DNA of 64,000 nucleotides from Candidatus Hydrogenedentota bacterium. Lineage in GTDB: Bacteria; Hydrogenedentota; Hydrogenedentia; Hydrogenedentales; SLHB01. This document shows, in pieces, positions 1 through 9,964 of the stretch. The translations under genes and the position numbers were made by a program. Under the pieces are notes generated by a model, which searched no databases, was not told the origin of the DNA, and was given only the letters and a program-made list of their open reading frames with translations. Numbering within the stretch: position 1 is the first letter of the stretch; the number at the start of each line of letters is the position of its first letter. The stretch spans positions 192,001 to 256,000 of the forward strand of contig CAXXTH010000017.1 in the NCBI GenBank assembly GCA_963668025.2, written 5' to 3'.

Positions 1-638
1 CATCGTTACATGCGATATTTCTGCTAGTGTGGCAAGATAACCTTAAATATCTCGATAATGAGCAACCTCAATGCTTATGCAAGTGGGAAGACAGAGGAAA
101 TGAAAGTGATTTGTCGACGCCCCCATTCTGGAGTGAGGAATTCTATCGAAATGTGATTTGGTTAGCAGATAGTTATTCATACTTGAAGATGTTCTATGAA
201 AATGGAAGACATGATCTGCTTTCGGATAGCAACATACGAGGGAGCGGATTATATTCAAAGGTGAGTTTAAGCTGGTTTACATTCAAGGCAGCGCTGGGCT
301 CAATCAGCAATACTACTCACGAAACATCAGAAGTATTTTATAGGATTCAACAGGACTTTGAAGATGGCGTATTCCTGGTACTGCGAAAAATACAAAAGAA
401 GAAACCATATAAACCGTTCAAGTGGCGTGAACTTATTCAAAGCGAAACGCCAAAAAGCTTGATTGATCTTGATGAACTACCTGATATCAAACGTTTTTTG
501 CATCCTTTTGCATTGGCTGAAAAAGTTATCTATTCAAACAGAAGGCTATTTGTTTCTCAATCATGTAGAGTAATGAAACAATTACAAGAACTATCATTTG
601 CAGTCTCCTTCATTCTAAATGAAAGCAAAGTAGGAAAA

Positions 639-2008
639 GGGTGCTCCCTCAATATGATAACCTCAATTGACCCCGTGGCGGGCCACGTGTTGCCAGAACT
701 GGTCCCAACGGCCCTCGGTCATCTCCAGCGACCTGAGCGCGATCACCGCGCTCGCGCCCGCTTCCTTCCACCGCATCCCGGAGCATGCCAGGCGTTGCTT
801 GATCAGCGTCTTGCACGCCGCCTCCGTCACTCCGCTGCCGATGGGAAGGCGCTCCGCCGTGTGCCGCCAGTATTGCATCTTCGAGCGGTGATTGCCGAAG
901 TAGGTGATCGCCTTGCCGAGTTCCTCGCGGCAAGCCTGGGCGCGCACGCTTGGCAAGCTCGCCTTCATCTCCTCCAGCAAGCGTCCGGCTGCGCCCCTCG
1001 TGTGCTTCAGCCGGTGACTCCAGTCCGCCTCCCACTCCCGGCGGCGCGCGCCATGACCGTGAATCGCCTCCGCCGCCTTCCCCACGTATTCCCGCGCGTG
1101 ATAGAAATCCAGCATCTGCCGGTCCGTGCGCGGCGTCAAAAACTTCCAGTTGTCCGGCGCGCCGTCGGCCAGGCCGATATACAGCGCCGCCGGGTGCCTC
1201 GCCCTCACGCGCTCCACCTCGCGGCCGAAGCGCTCGAGGAAAGTCTGCTTGCCGTACTCGGGCGATGCGCCCGCGTAGATCGTGTGCAGCCGCTCCCCGT
1301 CCTTGTCGTACAGGCTGATGGACCCGCACATCGCCTGACGCCAGCCGTCCTCCCTGAGCAGCATGCAGGTGCCGTCCAGGCCCACGGCCACCGACGCGAC
1401 CGGCCTGTCCAATTCCGGCAGCTCGTACTCCCACGTCTCCTCCCTGGCCTGCGCCAGGGCGCCCACAAAATCGCCGATCTTCTTCACATAGTCGCGCGAG
1501 ATTGCGCGGCCTGTCGACTCGAGCAGGTCGCGGCGCATGACATCGGCGCCCATGCGGGAGTATTTGCCGCTGACGATCCGGGCGTAGCGCGGCGTGGCGT
1601 TCATGACCATTCGCGCGTCCCGCTCCAGCGGGCAGAAGGTGCGCCCGCCCGTGGCGGTGTTCTGGTAGACGTGCCGCTCGACGCGGACCGGGCCGTGGGG
1701 CGTCTCGTAGGTCTGGCCGAAGCGCCCCTTGGTTTTGAAGGTGGTGGCGCCGACGCGGATGGGCGAGCCGTCTGTGTCGAAACGGGCCAGGGCCTCGGCC
1801 ATGACTGCGCGCCCCACCCCGTTCAGGGCCTCCTGGACCGCCTCCTCCATATCGAGCATCGAACCACGCAGCCTCAGCGAGAAACTCACCTCGAACGTGT
1901 CGCCGTCGCGCCTTGTCACCATCGCTGCCATCGGTCTTCCTCCGTTAAGGGTCCGGCATACTTATCGACCCGACACGAGGATTTCTTTAGCATTCTGCGG
2001 GAACACCC
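639..2008 (-). mobile_element. Insertion sequence, ISKra4-like, 1370 bp
   Basis: Imperfect TIRs GGGTGCTCCCTCAATATGATAA / (rc) GGGTGTTCCCGCAGAATGCTAA; 8-bp TSD TAGGAAAA at 631-638 and 2009-2016. Confidence 0.92.
663..1931 (-). CDS. ISKra4-family DDE transposase
   Basis: 422 aa; motifs GLDGT, ADGA, LDFYHA and PIGSGVTEAACK; lies inside the TIRs. Confidence 0.9.
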   Translation of the reverse strand: MAAMVTRRDGDTFEVSFSLRLRGSMLDMEEAVQEALNGVGRAVMAEALARFDTDGSPIRVGATTFKTKGRFGQTYETPHGPVRVERHVYQNTATGGRTFCPLERDARMVMNATPRYARIVSGKYSRMGADVMRRDLLESTGRAISRDYVKKIGDFVGALAQAREETWEYELPELDRPVASVAVGLDGTCMLLREDGWRQAMCGSISLYDKDGERLHTIYAGASPEYGKQTFLERFGREVERVRARHPAALYIGLADGAPDNWKFLTPRTDRQMLDFYHAREYVGKAAEAIHGHGARRREWEADWSHRLKHTRGAAGRLLEEMKASLPSVRAQACREELGKAITYFGNHRSKMQYWRHTAERLPIGSGVTEAACKTLIKQRLACSGMRWKEAGASAVIALRSLEMTEGRWDQFWQHVARHGVN

Positions 2009-2266
2009 TAGGAAAATACGATTTACCCACATTCTATTCATTGATTGCATATCTGCATGGAATTGTAATAACACTTGAAAAAGAGTCAAATCTATTGCGG
2101 TATATTGTTGTTGGGATTTTCAATCTCTAGATATTCAGTAAAAACGATACGCGTATTCTCCCTGATGCGCGAAATTATTGCGCAACACCAGCGATAAGCT
2201 ATAGTGTCCTTGTGTCTTAGTGCCTTTGTGATGAAAAAACATACAGTATGTATTAGAGTGCATTGG

Positions 2267-3436
2267 ATGGTTGAAACCCATACGCCTGAATTTACCTTGC
2301 TGATGCCGTGTCTTGACGAGGCGGAAACCCTCGCCGCGTGCATCCGCAAAGCACAGTCGTGCGCGGAACGGCTCGGTCTCGACGCCGAGGTGCTGGTATC
2401 GGATAACGGCAGCGCCGACGGCTCGCCCGAGATCGCCCGGCAATGCGGCGCGCGGGTGGTGCGTGCCGAAGAACGGGGCTACGGGGCCGCGCTGATGGCG
2501 GGCATCGAGGCGGCGCGGGGACGCTATATCATCATGGCCGACGCGGACGAAAGCTACGATTGGTCGGCCCTTGATGGTTTCGTCGAGCAGCTCCGGGCGG
2601 GAGGCCAATTGGTCATGGGCTGCCGGTTTCCCCAAGGCGGCGGCGTGATCGAGCCGGGCGCCATGCCGAAATTACACCGCTTTCTCGGCACACCGCTCTT
2701 GAGCGGCATGGCGCGGCTGTTCTTCGGCTGCCCTGTGACGGACATCAACTGCGGCATGCGGGGTTTCGCGCGCGAGGCTATCCTTGGCCTCGAACTGCGC
2801 GCCACGGGCATGGAGTTCGCCTCGGAGATGATCGTCAAGGCGTCCCTCGCGGGCCTGCGCATCCGCGAGACGCCCATCACGCTTCACCCAGACCGCCGGA
2901 CGCGCCCGCCCCATTTGCGCACATTCCATGATGGCTGGCGGCACCTGCGATTCATGCTGTTATATAGTCCGCGTTGGCTGTTTCTCGTGCCGGGGCTGCT
3001 GCTCCTCGCTTTTGGCGTCCTTGGTTTCGCGCTGATACTGCCGGGCCGGCTGCGCATCGGGGGGATCGAGTTTGATGTAAACACCCTGCTCGTGTGCGCC
3101 CTCTCGATCCTTCTGGGTGCGCAATGCATCGCCTTCGGCATTTTTGCGAAGGTTTTCGCCATCTCCGAGCGCCTGCTGCCGGATGATCCCTTGCTGCGGC
3201 GCTTGTTCACGCGGATTAAGCTAGAAGCAGGCCTGCTGTTGGGTGCGGGTATCGGATGCCTTGGCTTTTTGCTATTGCTGGGAGGCGTGGGGTATTGGGC
3301 CTGGCACGATTTTGGCAAGATTCCGTATCCCGTGGGCTTGCGCATCGTGATCCCGGCCGTCACCTGCATCACGCTGGGCGCGCAGGTGGTGCTTTCGAGC
3401 CTGTTCCTCAGCATTCTAGGCATGAAACGGAAGTAG
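2267..3436 (+). CDS. GT2 glycosyltransferase (DPM-synthase-like) with C-terminal TM helices
   Basis: MPCLDE, DNGSADGS, GYGAAL and MADADESY motifs; hydrophobic C-terminus. Start placed at ATG 2267. Confidence 0.9.
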   Translation: MVETHTPEFTLLMPCLDEAETLAACIRKAQSCAERLGLDAEVLVSDNGSADGSPEIARQCGARVVRAEERGYGAALMAGIEAARGRYIIMADADESYDWSALDGFVEQLRAGGQLVMGCRFPQGGGVIEPGAMPKLHRFLGTPLLSGMARLFFGCPVTDINCGMRGFAREAILGLELRATGMEFASEMIVKASLAGLRIRETPITLHPDRRTRPPHLRTFHDGWRHLRFMLLYSPRWLFLVPGLLLLAFGVLGFALILPGRLRIGGIEFDVNTLLVCALSILLGAQCIAFGIFAKVFAISERLLPDDPLLRRLFTRIKLEAGLLLGAGIGCLGFLLLLGGVGYWAWHDFGKIPYPVGLRIVIPAVTCITLGAQVVLSSLFLSILGMKRK

Positions 3437-3460
3437 ACCACCGCCGGAACGGCTGGAGTA

Positions 3461-3609
3461 CAGGGTAATCGCATTAAAAACAGCCCAGATTTAGCCACAA
3501 AAGGCACAAGGGGCACAAGGAAGAATTATTTTTGTGTTTTGTGAGCCTCTTGCGGCTCATTTTCCGGCGATAGAGAAAAGAAATAAGACTTTTTGATGCG
3601 ATTGTCGTG
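3461..3609. repeat. MITE-like unit with ISAs1-like ends enclosing an inverted pair of 9-nt periodic repeats
   Basis: CAGGGTAATCGCATTAAAA ... TTTTGATGCGATTGTCGTG (15/19 inverted match); a related half copy is at 57150-57210. Confidence 0.55.
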
Positions 3610-3703
3610 GGTCCCTAAACCTCAGAAAGCATAAAAAAGTTTCGCACTTTCCATGCGTCTTTACATTGAGAGAGGTAAAGCAAGCCAAATGTACTAGCAC
3701 ATT

Positions 3704-3766
3704 GTCATTCCCGCGAAAGCAGGAATCCACAGAAACGCCCCGGATCCCCGCCTTCGCGAGGATGAC
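3704..3766. repeat. dRS3/RPE-like palindromic repeat (GTCATTCCCGCG...GGAATCCA pair)
   Basis: GTCATTCCCGCGAAAGCAGGAATCCA ... GGATCCCCGCCTTCGCGAGGATGAC; a second copy is at 40994-41059. Confidence 0.75.
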
Positions 3767-3836
3767 GTTGTTAGGTATATCTAGCCTTTACCGTGTTTTT
3801 TTGGTTGAGGCTGGGCCGCGATGAACTGGAGTATAC

Positions 3837-5534
3837 ATGAACATCCTTGGCGTTAACGCCTTCAACCATGAACCCAGCGCATGTCTTATTTCAGATGGCC
3901 GCGTCGCCGCCGCCATCGAGGAAGAAAAGGCGGTGCATCGCAAGTACGTCGTAGGTTTTCCCGAACGCGCTATCCGGGAATGCCTCGCACTTGCAGGCGT
4001 GAAGCCTTCACAAGTGAATGTGGTGGCTTTGCCCCGGCGGCACGGCTTCGAGCTTCGCGCGCATGCGATGCATATGCTCCGGAATTTCCCCCGCAGCCTA
4101 AATCTGTTGCGTTCCGGCAGCGCCGCCATCGGCGGCGATATCAAGCGGGAGCGCTACCTGCATCTGCGGGGGATGCTCCGCCATGTGCTGCATCCCGGCG
4201 TTAAGATCGTCGAAGTGGGCCACCACGAGGCCCATGCGGCGTCGGTCTGTTTTCAAAGCGAATGGGATGATCTCGCCATCGCCGTGGCCGATGGCATCGC
4301 GGAGTTTGACACTACATGGCTTGGCGCGGCGGAGGGCGGACAGCTCCGCTCCCGCGCCACGACGCCTTTTCCCCATTCCTTGGGCATGGCCTATGCCGCC
4401 GTGACACAGTTTCTCGGATTCGAACCTTTCAACGACGAATGGAAAGTCATGGGCATGGCCGCCTACGGCGCGCCGCGTTATTATGAGGAATTGCGTCCCT
4501 TGCTGGCCGCCACGCCGGATGGACACGTGCGCATTGACTGCAAGGCCTTCGACTTCCCGTGCTATGGCCGCAAACGCTGGTTTAGCGATGCCTTCCGCCT
4601 ACGCGGACTCGAGCGCGCGCCGGATGCGCCCATCTTGCAGGAGCATTACGATTTCGCCCGGTCGTTCCAGTCGGTTATCGAGGACACCCTGCTCGAACTG
4701 CTCCGCTATGTGCGGGAGGCCTATCCCGAAAAACGGCGGCTGGGCCTCAGTGGCGGCGTGTTTCTCAATTGCCTGTTCAATGGCCGCCTGGCGGAACAGG
4801 GGCTTTTCGATGAAATCTATGTAGACTGCAATCCCGGCGACGCAGGCACGGCCTTGGGCGCGGCCTGCCATGCCTGGCGGGCAAGCATGAGCCGCATGCC
4901 CAAGCCCATGGCCCACGACAACCGCCTGGGCCGGGCCTTCGGACCCGATGCCATACGTGAGGCCATCGAGCGCGCGGGGCTGTCCTGTACGGAATTGCAG
5001 AACCCGGCGGATGTAGCGCGCCTTATCGACGGCGAGCGCATCATCGGGCTCTTCGAGGGGCGCAACGAGTTCGGCCCCCGCGCATTGGGCGCGCGCAGCA
5101 TTCTGGCGGACCCGCGCCTGCCCCAGATCAAAGACATCATCAATAGCCGCGTAAAATACCGCGAACACTTCCGGCCTTTTGCGCCGTCCATCCTCGAAGC
5201 GCACCAAGAGGATTGTTTTGCGGCGAAGATGTTCTCGCCGTATATGTCCTTTGCACTTCGTGTAAAGAACGGCGTGGCCGCACGCATGCCCGCCGTCATC
5301 CACGCCGATGGCACGGCCCGCATCCAGACGGTGAGGCCCGGAAACAACCCCTTCTACCATGCCGTGATCGAGGCGTTTTACCAGCGCACCGGCGTCCCGG
5401 CGGTCCTCAACACCTCGTTCAACATTCGCGGCGAACCCATCGCCTACACGCCCCAGGACGCCATCGAGACATTCAAACGCGCCAATCTCTCCGCGCTGGT
5501 GCTATGGCCGTATGTGATCGAAGCGGCGAAGTGA
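3837..5534 (+). CDS. Carbamoyltransferase (NodU/CmcH/TobZ family)
   Basis: AAIEEE, HHEAHAAS, EWKVMGMAAYG, EFGPRALGARSIL, VKYREHFRPFAPS and LNTSFN motifs. Confidence 0.95.
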   Translation: MNILGVNAFNHEPSACLISDGRVAAAIEEEKAVHRKYVVGFPERAIRECLALAGVKPSQVNVVALPRRHGFELRAHAMHMLRNFPRSLNLLRSGSAAIGGDIKRERYLHLRGMLRHVLHPGVKIVEVGHHEAHAASVCFQSEWDDLAIAVADGIAEFDTTWLGAAEGGQLRSRATTPFPHSLGMAYAAVTQFLGFEPFNDEWKVMGMAAYGAPRYYEELRPLLAATPDGHVRIDCKAFDFPCYGRKRWFSDAFRLRGLERAPDAPILQEHYDFARSFQSVIEDTLLELLRYVREAYPEKRRLGLSGGVFLNCLFNGRLAEQGLFDEIYVDCNPGDAGTALGAACHAWRASMSRMPKPMAHDNRLGRAFGPDAIREAIERAGLSCTELQNPADVARLIDGERIIGLFEGRNEFGPRALGARSILADPRLPQIKDIINSRVKYREHFRPFAPSILEAHQEDCFAAKMFSPYMSFALRVKNGVAARMPAVIHADGTARIQTVRPGNNPFYHAVIEAFYQRTGVPAVLNTSFNIRGEPIAYTPQDAIETFKRANLSALVLWPYVIEAAK

Positions 5535-5769
5535 GCCACGGAAGGGTGCAAATATAGTTCATTCAGATAATTTACCACCAAGGCACAAAGACACAAGGAG
5601 GCTCATAGGAATTTTATTGTATTTATATATATGATATATTTGATTTCAGCACCCTTAAGAAATAAACAGGGCAGACTAACAAGCGTTTATAACTCCTTGT
5701 GTCTTCGTGTCTTTGTGTTGAAAAGATCCGGCGTCACTGCCCCGGCGTTGCGCCATGTATTCCTTCGAC

Positions 5770-6480
5770 CTAAGATTCCCGCATCCGCCGGGTGTATTCC
5801 GTCCATTCCGTCTGGGCGTTGCGTTCCCGGATGCGGTCCGCGATGCCCGGTTCCGCCAGGGCGATGGCTTCAAACACCTTGTTCGCGATGAGCATGTTGC
5901 CAAGTTTGTTCGGATGCACCGTATCCTGATGCACCAAGTGGTCTTTGCATCCTTCGGCGCTCCAGACGTCGGCATAGATGCAATCCGTCGACTCCGCCAA
6001 ACGGCGCAGCATGGCATTGTATTGCTGGGTGGCCTCGACGCTGCCCCGGTCGAAAGGCGGATAGTACCGAAATGACGCGATGTGGTAGACGTTGACGATG
6101 ACGATCGCCGCGTCCAGGGCGTCACGCAACCGGGTGAGGATGGCTTTGATTTCCACTTCAAACGCTTCGGGGGCCATGCCCGCCCGCATATCGTTGAGTC
6201 CGTATGCGATGACCACCAAGTCCGGCCGATGGGCGATGACCTCGCTATCGAGCCGTTCCGACGCGCTCGGTTTGGTGGATTCGGCGTACCCAGGGCTTTG
6301 CGGTGATATCACGCTGGCGCCGACGCCGGCATTGTGATACATGATCGAGCTTTCTTGGGCCGTCTCGAGCAAATGCCACAATAAGTCGGCCCATCGTTCG
6401 CTGGCCTGCGCCAGCCATCCGCCCCCCTCGACCACGCTGTCTCCCAACACCACCAGCGATTTGAACGGACCTTTTGCCAT
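5770..6480 (-). CDS. SGNH/GDSL hydrolase
   Basis: Blocks GDS, NAGVG, YGLND and DTVHPN. Start placed at MAKGPF. Confidence 0.9.
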   Translation of the reverse strand: MAKGPFKSLVVLGDSVVEGGGWLAQASERWADLLWHLLETAQESSIMYHNAGVGASVISPQSPGYAESTKPSASERLDSEVIAHRPDLVVIAYGLNDMRAGMAPEAFEVEIKAILTRLRDALDAAIVIVNVYHIASFRYYPPFDRGSVEATQQYNAMLRRLAESTDCIYADVWSAEGCKDHLVHQDTVHPNKLGNMLIANKVFEAIALAEPGIADRIRERNAQTEWTEYTRRMRES

Positions 6481-6707
6481 GTCCCGCCTCTTTCTTCTGG
6501 GTCTTTCCAAGATTTCAATATTTCCGGCATTTCAGTTCTAAACAGTAGAGCCCGATGATAATCATTATCTTCAATGCTGGGCAATGTTGATGCCCGCTAC
6601 ACATTCAGTGCATAAACCGGCGCTTAAAAGTATGCCATTTACACCGTATGGTTAATCGAGGAATTTTTCGGACAATATCGCTCCACAGATGAACGCGGAT
6701 GGACTTA

Positions 6708-6829
6708 AGAGGCGCGTCAAAATAACTTGACTATTTTTTCGCATTCAACGCAATTTTCATGGCGATAGGAATTACCGCTTCCTTTCCGAGTGGTGGGAGA
6801 AAATCGGTAAGTTATTTTGACGCGACTCC
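6708..6829. mobile_element. 122-bp MITE, copy 1
   Basis: TIRs GAGGCGCGTCAAAATAACTT / AAGTTATTTTGACGCGACTC; TTA on both sides; near-identical copy at 48705-48826. Confidence 0.9.
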
Positions 6830-7078
6830 TTAGCGCAGCGTAGACGCGGCCAGATATCCTTTACCTCACCATGAATGAACGCCAATGAATCATTAGGAAG
6901 CGCTTTAGCCCCCCTCGCATGTATGCATACTATATGTAGTCATTAAAATATATTTCAGCATGATTATATCCATTATATGTATCAATCAAACCAAGTATTG
7001 CTCACTTCATGCAACAAAAAGGCCGTATGGCATGAAATCCATACGGCTTTTCTGCGCAGTATCCATTTTGTGCTGGCG

Positions 7079-7918
7079 CTATATCTTCCACTGGCCGGTG
7101 TAGACTTCCGTGGCGGGGCCTTCCTGGTAGACATAGCCGTCTTCGGCCCATTCGATGGCCAGGACGCCATAGACAAGATGCACCGACACGCGCCGTTCGA
7201 CGCGGTGGGTGAGCATGGAGGCAAGAGCCGAACCGCAGGAACCGCTGCCGCTGGCCATGGTGATGCCGCTGCCCCGCTCCCATATGCGCATGACGATGTT
7301 CTGGCGGTCGATGACCTGTACGAATTCGACGTTCGTACGTTTAGGGAACGCTGGATGGTGCTCGATCTTCGGCCCGATTTCCGCCAGGGGCGCCGCCGTG
7401 GCGTCGGGCACGAAGATGACCGCGTGGGGATTCCCCACGTTCACGCAGGTGACGCGGAACGATTCGCCGCCGGGAATCTGGAGTTCCTCTTCGATGACCT
7501 GTCCCGGTGCGCCAAGCATGGGGATCTCGGAACGCTCGAAGCGGGGTTTGCCCATGTTCGAGCGGACGGTTGCGACCTTGCCCGCCTGCACATCGAGCCG
7601 CACGCGGTTGGGGCCGCCGCCGGTCTGGATGGTGAATTCGGTTTTATCGGTCATGCCCCGTTCGTAGACATACTTGGCGAAACACCGAATGCCATTGCCG
7701 CAGGTCTCCGCTTCGCTGCCGTCGGCATTGAAGATGCGCATGGTGAAATCCGCACCCTCCACGCCGGGCTGGATCAGAATAATGCCGTCGGAACCCGCTC
7801 CAAGATGGCGGTGGCTCATCTGGCGCGAAAGCTCGGCGGGATCCTCAATCGGAAACCGTGAGCAGTCAATGAAAAAATAGTCATTCCCGAGCCCGTGCAT
7901 TTTCGTGAATTCGATCAT
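7079..7918 (-). CDS. dapF: Diaminopimelate epimerase
   Basis: FTKMHGLGNDY, AETCGNGIRC, VGNPHAV, TNVEF and WERGSG motifs. Confidence 0.97.
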   Translation of the reverse strand: MIEFTKMHGLGNDYFFIDCSRFPIEDPAELSRQMSHRHLGAGSDGIILIQPGVEGADFTMRIFNADGSEAETCGNGIRCFAKYVYERGMTDKTEFTIQTGGGPNRVRLDVQAGKVATVRSNMGKPRFERSEIPMLGAPGQVIEEELQIPGGESFRVTCVNVGNPHAVIFVPDATAAPLAEIGPKIEHHPAFPKRTNVEFVQVIDRQNIVMRIWERGSGITMASGSGSCGSALASMLTHRVERRVSVHLVYGVLAIEWAEDGYVYQEGPATEVYTGQWKI

Positions 7919-8000
7919 ATCGGCTGGCCTTTCCCTGTCGTTCCTATTTCATCAAGTAAATAGTTATTGGGCCACAAGAGGCTCAAGAAACGCAAGATAG

Positions 8001-8999
8001 TTATTTGCGCGGCCGTATGACGGCGCCAATGAGCATGCCCACCAGTTGTTTGTACGATATCCCGGCGGATGCGGCGGCCTGGGGCAACAAGGAAGTCTCC
8101 GTCATGCCGGGAATAGTGTTTGCTTCCAGCCAAACCGGTTCGCCTTCGACGATGATCATATCGCTCCGGCTCATGCCTTCACAGCCAATGGCGCGATGCG
8201 CCGCCACGGCCATCTCCTGCACGATACGGGTTTCTTCGGGGGTAATGCGCGCCGGGGTGATCTCGCGGCATGCGCCCGGGGTGTATTTGGCGTAGTAGTC
8301 GAAAAATTCGGATGTGACCGGGACAATCTCGGTGACTGGCAGCGCGCGGGGCGGCTGGCCCGGTTCGATATCGAGCACGCTGCACGTCACTTCCACGCCT
8401 TTGAGGTATTCCTCCGCCATTACGACATGGTCCAGCTCGAACAATTCCGGCAGCACGGCTTCCAATGCGGCGCGGTCTTTGGGGATGGCCATGCCCAGGC
8501 TCGAACCTTGGCAGGGGCTCTTCACCACGCAGGGATATCCGAGCGCTTGTTCGATGCGGGCCACGGCGGACAGCGGTTCGCGCAGCCATTCGTCTTTCCC
8601 GACGACCAAATCCCGGGCGACCCGAATACCGGCCTGGGCGAGGATGCGTTTGCTGCGGACTTTATCCATGGCCAGCCCGCTGGCCATGCATCCCGAGCCC
8701 ACATAGGGAACGCCCAGCAGGTCGAGCATGCCCTGCACGCGCCCGTCTTCGCCAAAAGAGCCATGCAACGCCAGAAATGCGCAATCGAGATGCAATCCAT
8801 GCAGCAGCGGGATCGCTTCGTGCAGCGGAAGCGGGCCGCCTTCGGGGAATTTCCAAGCGCCATCCAGGCCGATGGTGATTGGGAACACCTCGAAAGCTTC
8901 CGCGTCGATTTGCTCTAGGATTTTGCCGCCGCTTTTAAGGGAAATCTCATGTTCAGAACTTATGCCGCCCATAATGACAGCCACCCGGGACTTGCTCAT
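8001..8999 (-). CDS. ddl: D-alanine--D-alanine ligase
   Basis: GGISSEHEISLKSG, LHGSFGEDG, GSSLG, FFDYYAKY and LEANTIPGMT motifs. Start is uncertain (8999-9038). Confidence 0.96.
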   Translation of the reverse strand: MSKSRVAVIMGGISSEHEISLKSGGKILEQIDAEAFEVFPITIGLDGAWKFPEGGPLPLHEAIPLLHGLHLDCAFLALHGSFGEDGRVQGMLDLLGVPYVGSGCMASGLAMDKVRSKRILAQAGIRVARDLVVGKDEWLREPLSAVARIEQALGYPCVVKSPCQGSSLGMAIPKDRAALEAVLPELFELDHVVMAEEYLKGVEVTCSVLDIEPGQPPRALPVTEIVPVTSEFFDYYAKYTPGACREITPARITPEETRIVQEMAVAAHRAIGCEGMSRSDMIIVEGEPVWLEANTIPGMTETSLLPQAAASAGISYKQLVGMLIGAVIRPRK

Positions 9000-9228
9000 C
9001 TCCATCTCCTGACCGATGTGTTCCACGACGGCTTTCATAGCCGCCCTGGTGTAAAATACCTTTGCCTATTGCATAGTTCCGCCGCCGAAACGCCAGCGAA
9101 AACGGAGAAGAATCATAGCACGGCGCGCCTATAAGATGGGAATTGATTGAAAAGGTGCGGGCAAAATGGCGGCGCTTTTGCTATGCTGTGCGGAAATGGG
9201 CCGGGGGATAATCCAAGGAAACCGTTTC

Positions 9229-9957
9229 ATGATGGAATTGCTAACGATAGACAGCCTGACGGCGTTGCTGACGTTGACGGCGCTCGAATTGGTGCTCGGC
9301 ATTGATAACATAGTCGTACTTGCGATCATCACCGGCCGGCTTGAAGCCCGCGTGCAGCGCAAGGCGCAGCGGATTGGGCTTTTCCTGGCCATGGGCGCGC
9401 GCATCGCCTTGTTATGCACGATCAGTTGGATTGCCTCAATGACCGCGCCACTTATGCATGTAGTCGGGCATGGCGTATCCGGGCGCGATTTGGTGCTACT
9501 CGGCGGCGGGCTCTTTCTGATTTGGAAAGCCGTACGCGAGATACACGAGAAGACCGAGGGGGCCATCGAATCCGCCATTCATCCGCACAGCGCCCCATCC
9601 ATGGGAAGCGCGCTGGTGCAGATCGTGCTGCTCGATATCGTTTTTTCGCTCGATAGCGTGATCACGGCCATTGGCCTGGCGCAGCAATTGCCGATCATGA
9701 TCGCGGCCATCGTGCTGGCCGTGCTGGGCATGATGGTGTTCGCCGGGCCGGTCAGCGGATTCATCCACCGCCACCCGTCGGTCAAGGTCCTGGCTTTGGC
9801 TTTTCTGCTGCTGATCGGCGTCATGCTCGTGGCGGAGGCTTGCGGGAAGCACATCGAGCGCGGGTATATATATTTCGCCATGTGCTTCTCCCTTGCCGTC
9901 GAGATGCTCAACATCCGCATGCGGAAAGCAGAGGAGCGCCGGGCCAAAGCCAGGTGA
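9229..9957 (+). CDS. TerC family membrane protein
   Basis: LELVLGIDN, DIVFSLDSVITA and GYIYFAM motifs. Confidence 0.93.
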   Translation: MMELLTIDSLTALLTLTALELVLGIDNIVVLAIITGRLEARVQRKAQRIGLFLAMGARIALLCTISWIASMTAPLMHVVGHGVSGRDLVLLGGGLFLIWKAVREIHEKTEGAIESAIHPHSAPSMGSALVQIVLLDIVFSLDSVITAIGLAQQLPIMIAAIVLAVLGMMVFAGPVSGFIHRHPSVKVLALAFLLLIGVMLVAEACGKHIERGYIYFAMCFSLAVEMLNIRMRKAEERRAKAR

Positions 9958-9964
9958 TGAAACC

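Larger units (their letters stand above)
1..2130 (+). pseudogene. AT-rich hypothetical gene (5' end outside window) split by an IS at 639-2008
   Basis: The frame is open from the window start to ...ESKVGK (638). Removing the IS and one TAGGAAAA copy rejoins in frame to YDLPTFYSLIAY...GIFNL* (stop at 2130). GC is far below the flanks. Confidence 0.8.

Noticed and set aside
27-2078. 683-aa ORF taken as a single real gene
   Set aside because: It is a chimera of the interrupted AT-rich gene and the antisense strand of the ISKra4-like transposase; the TIRs and TSD define the true structure.
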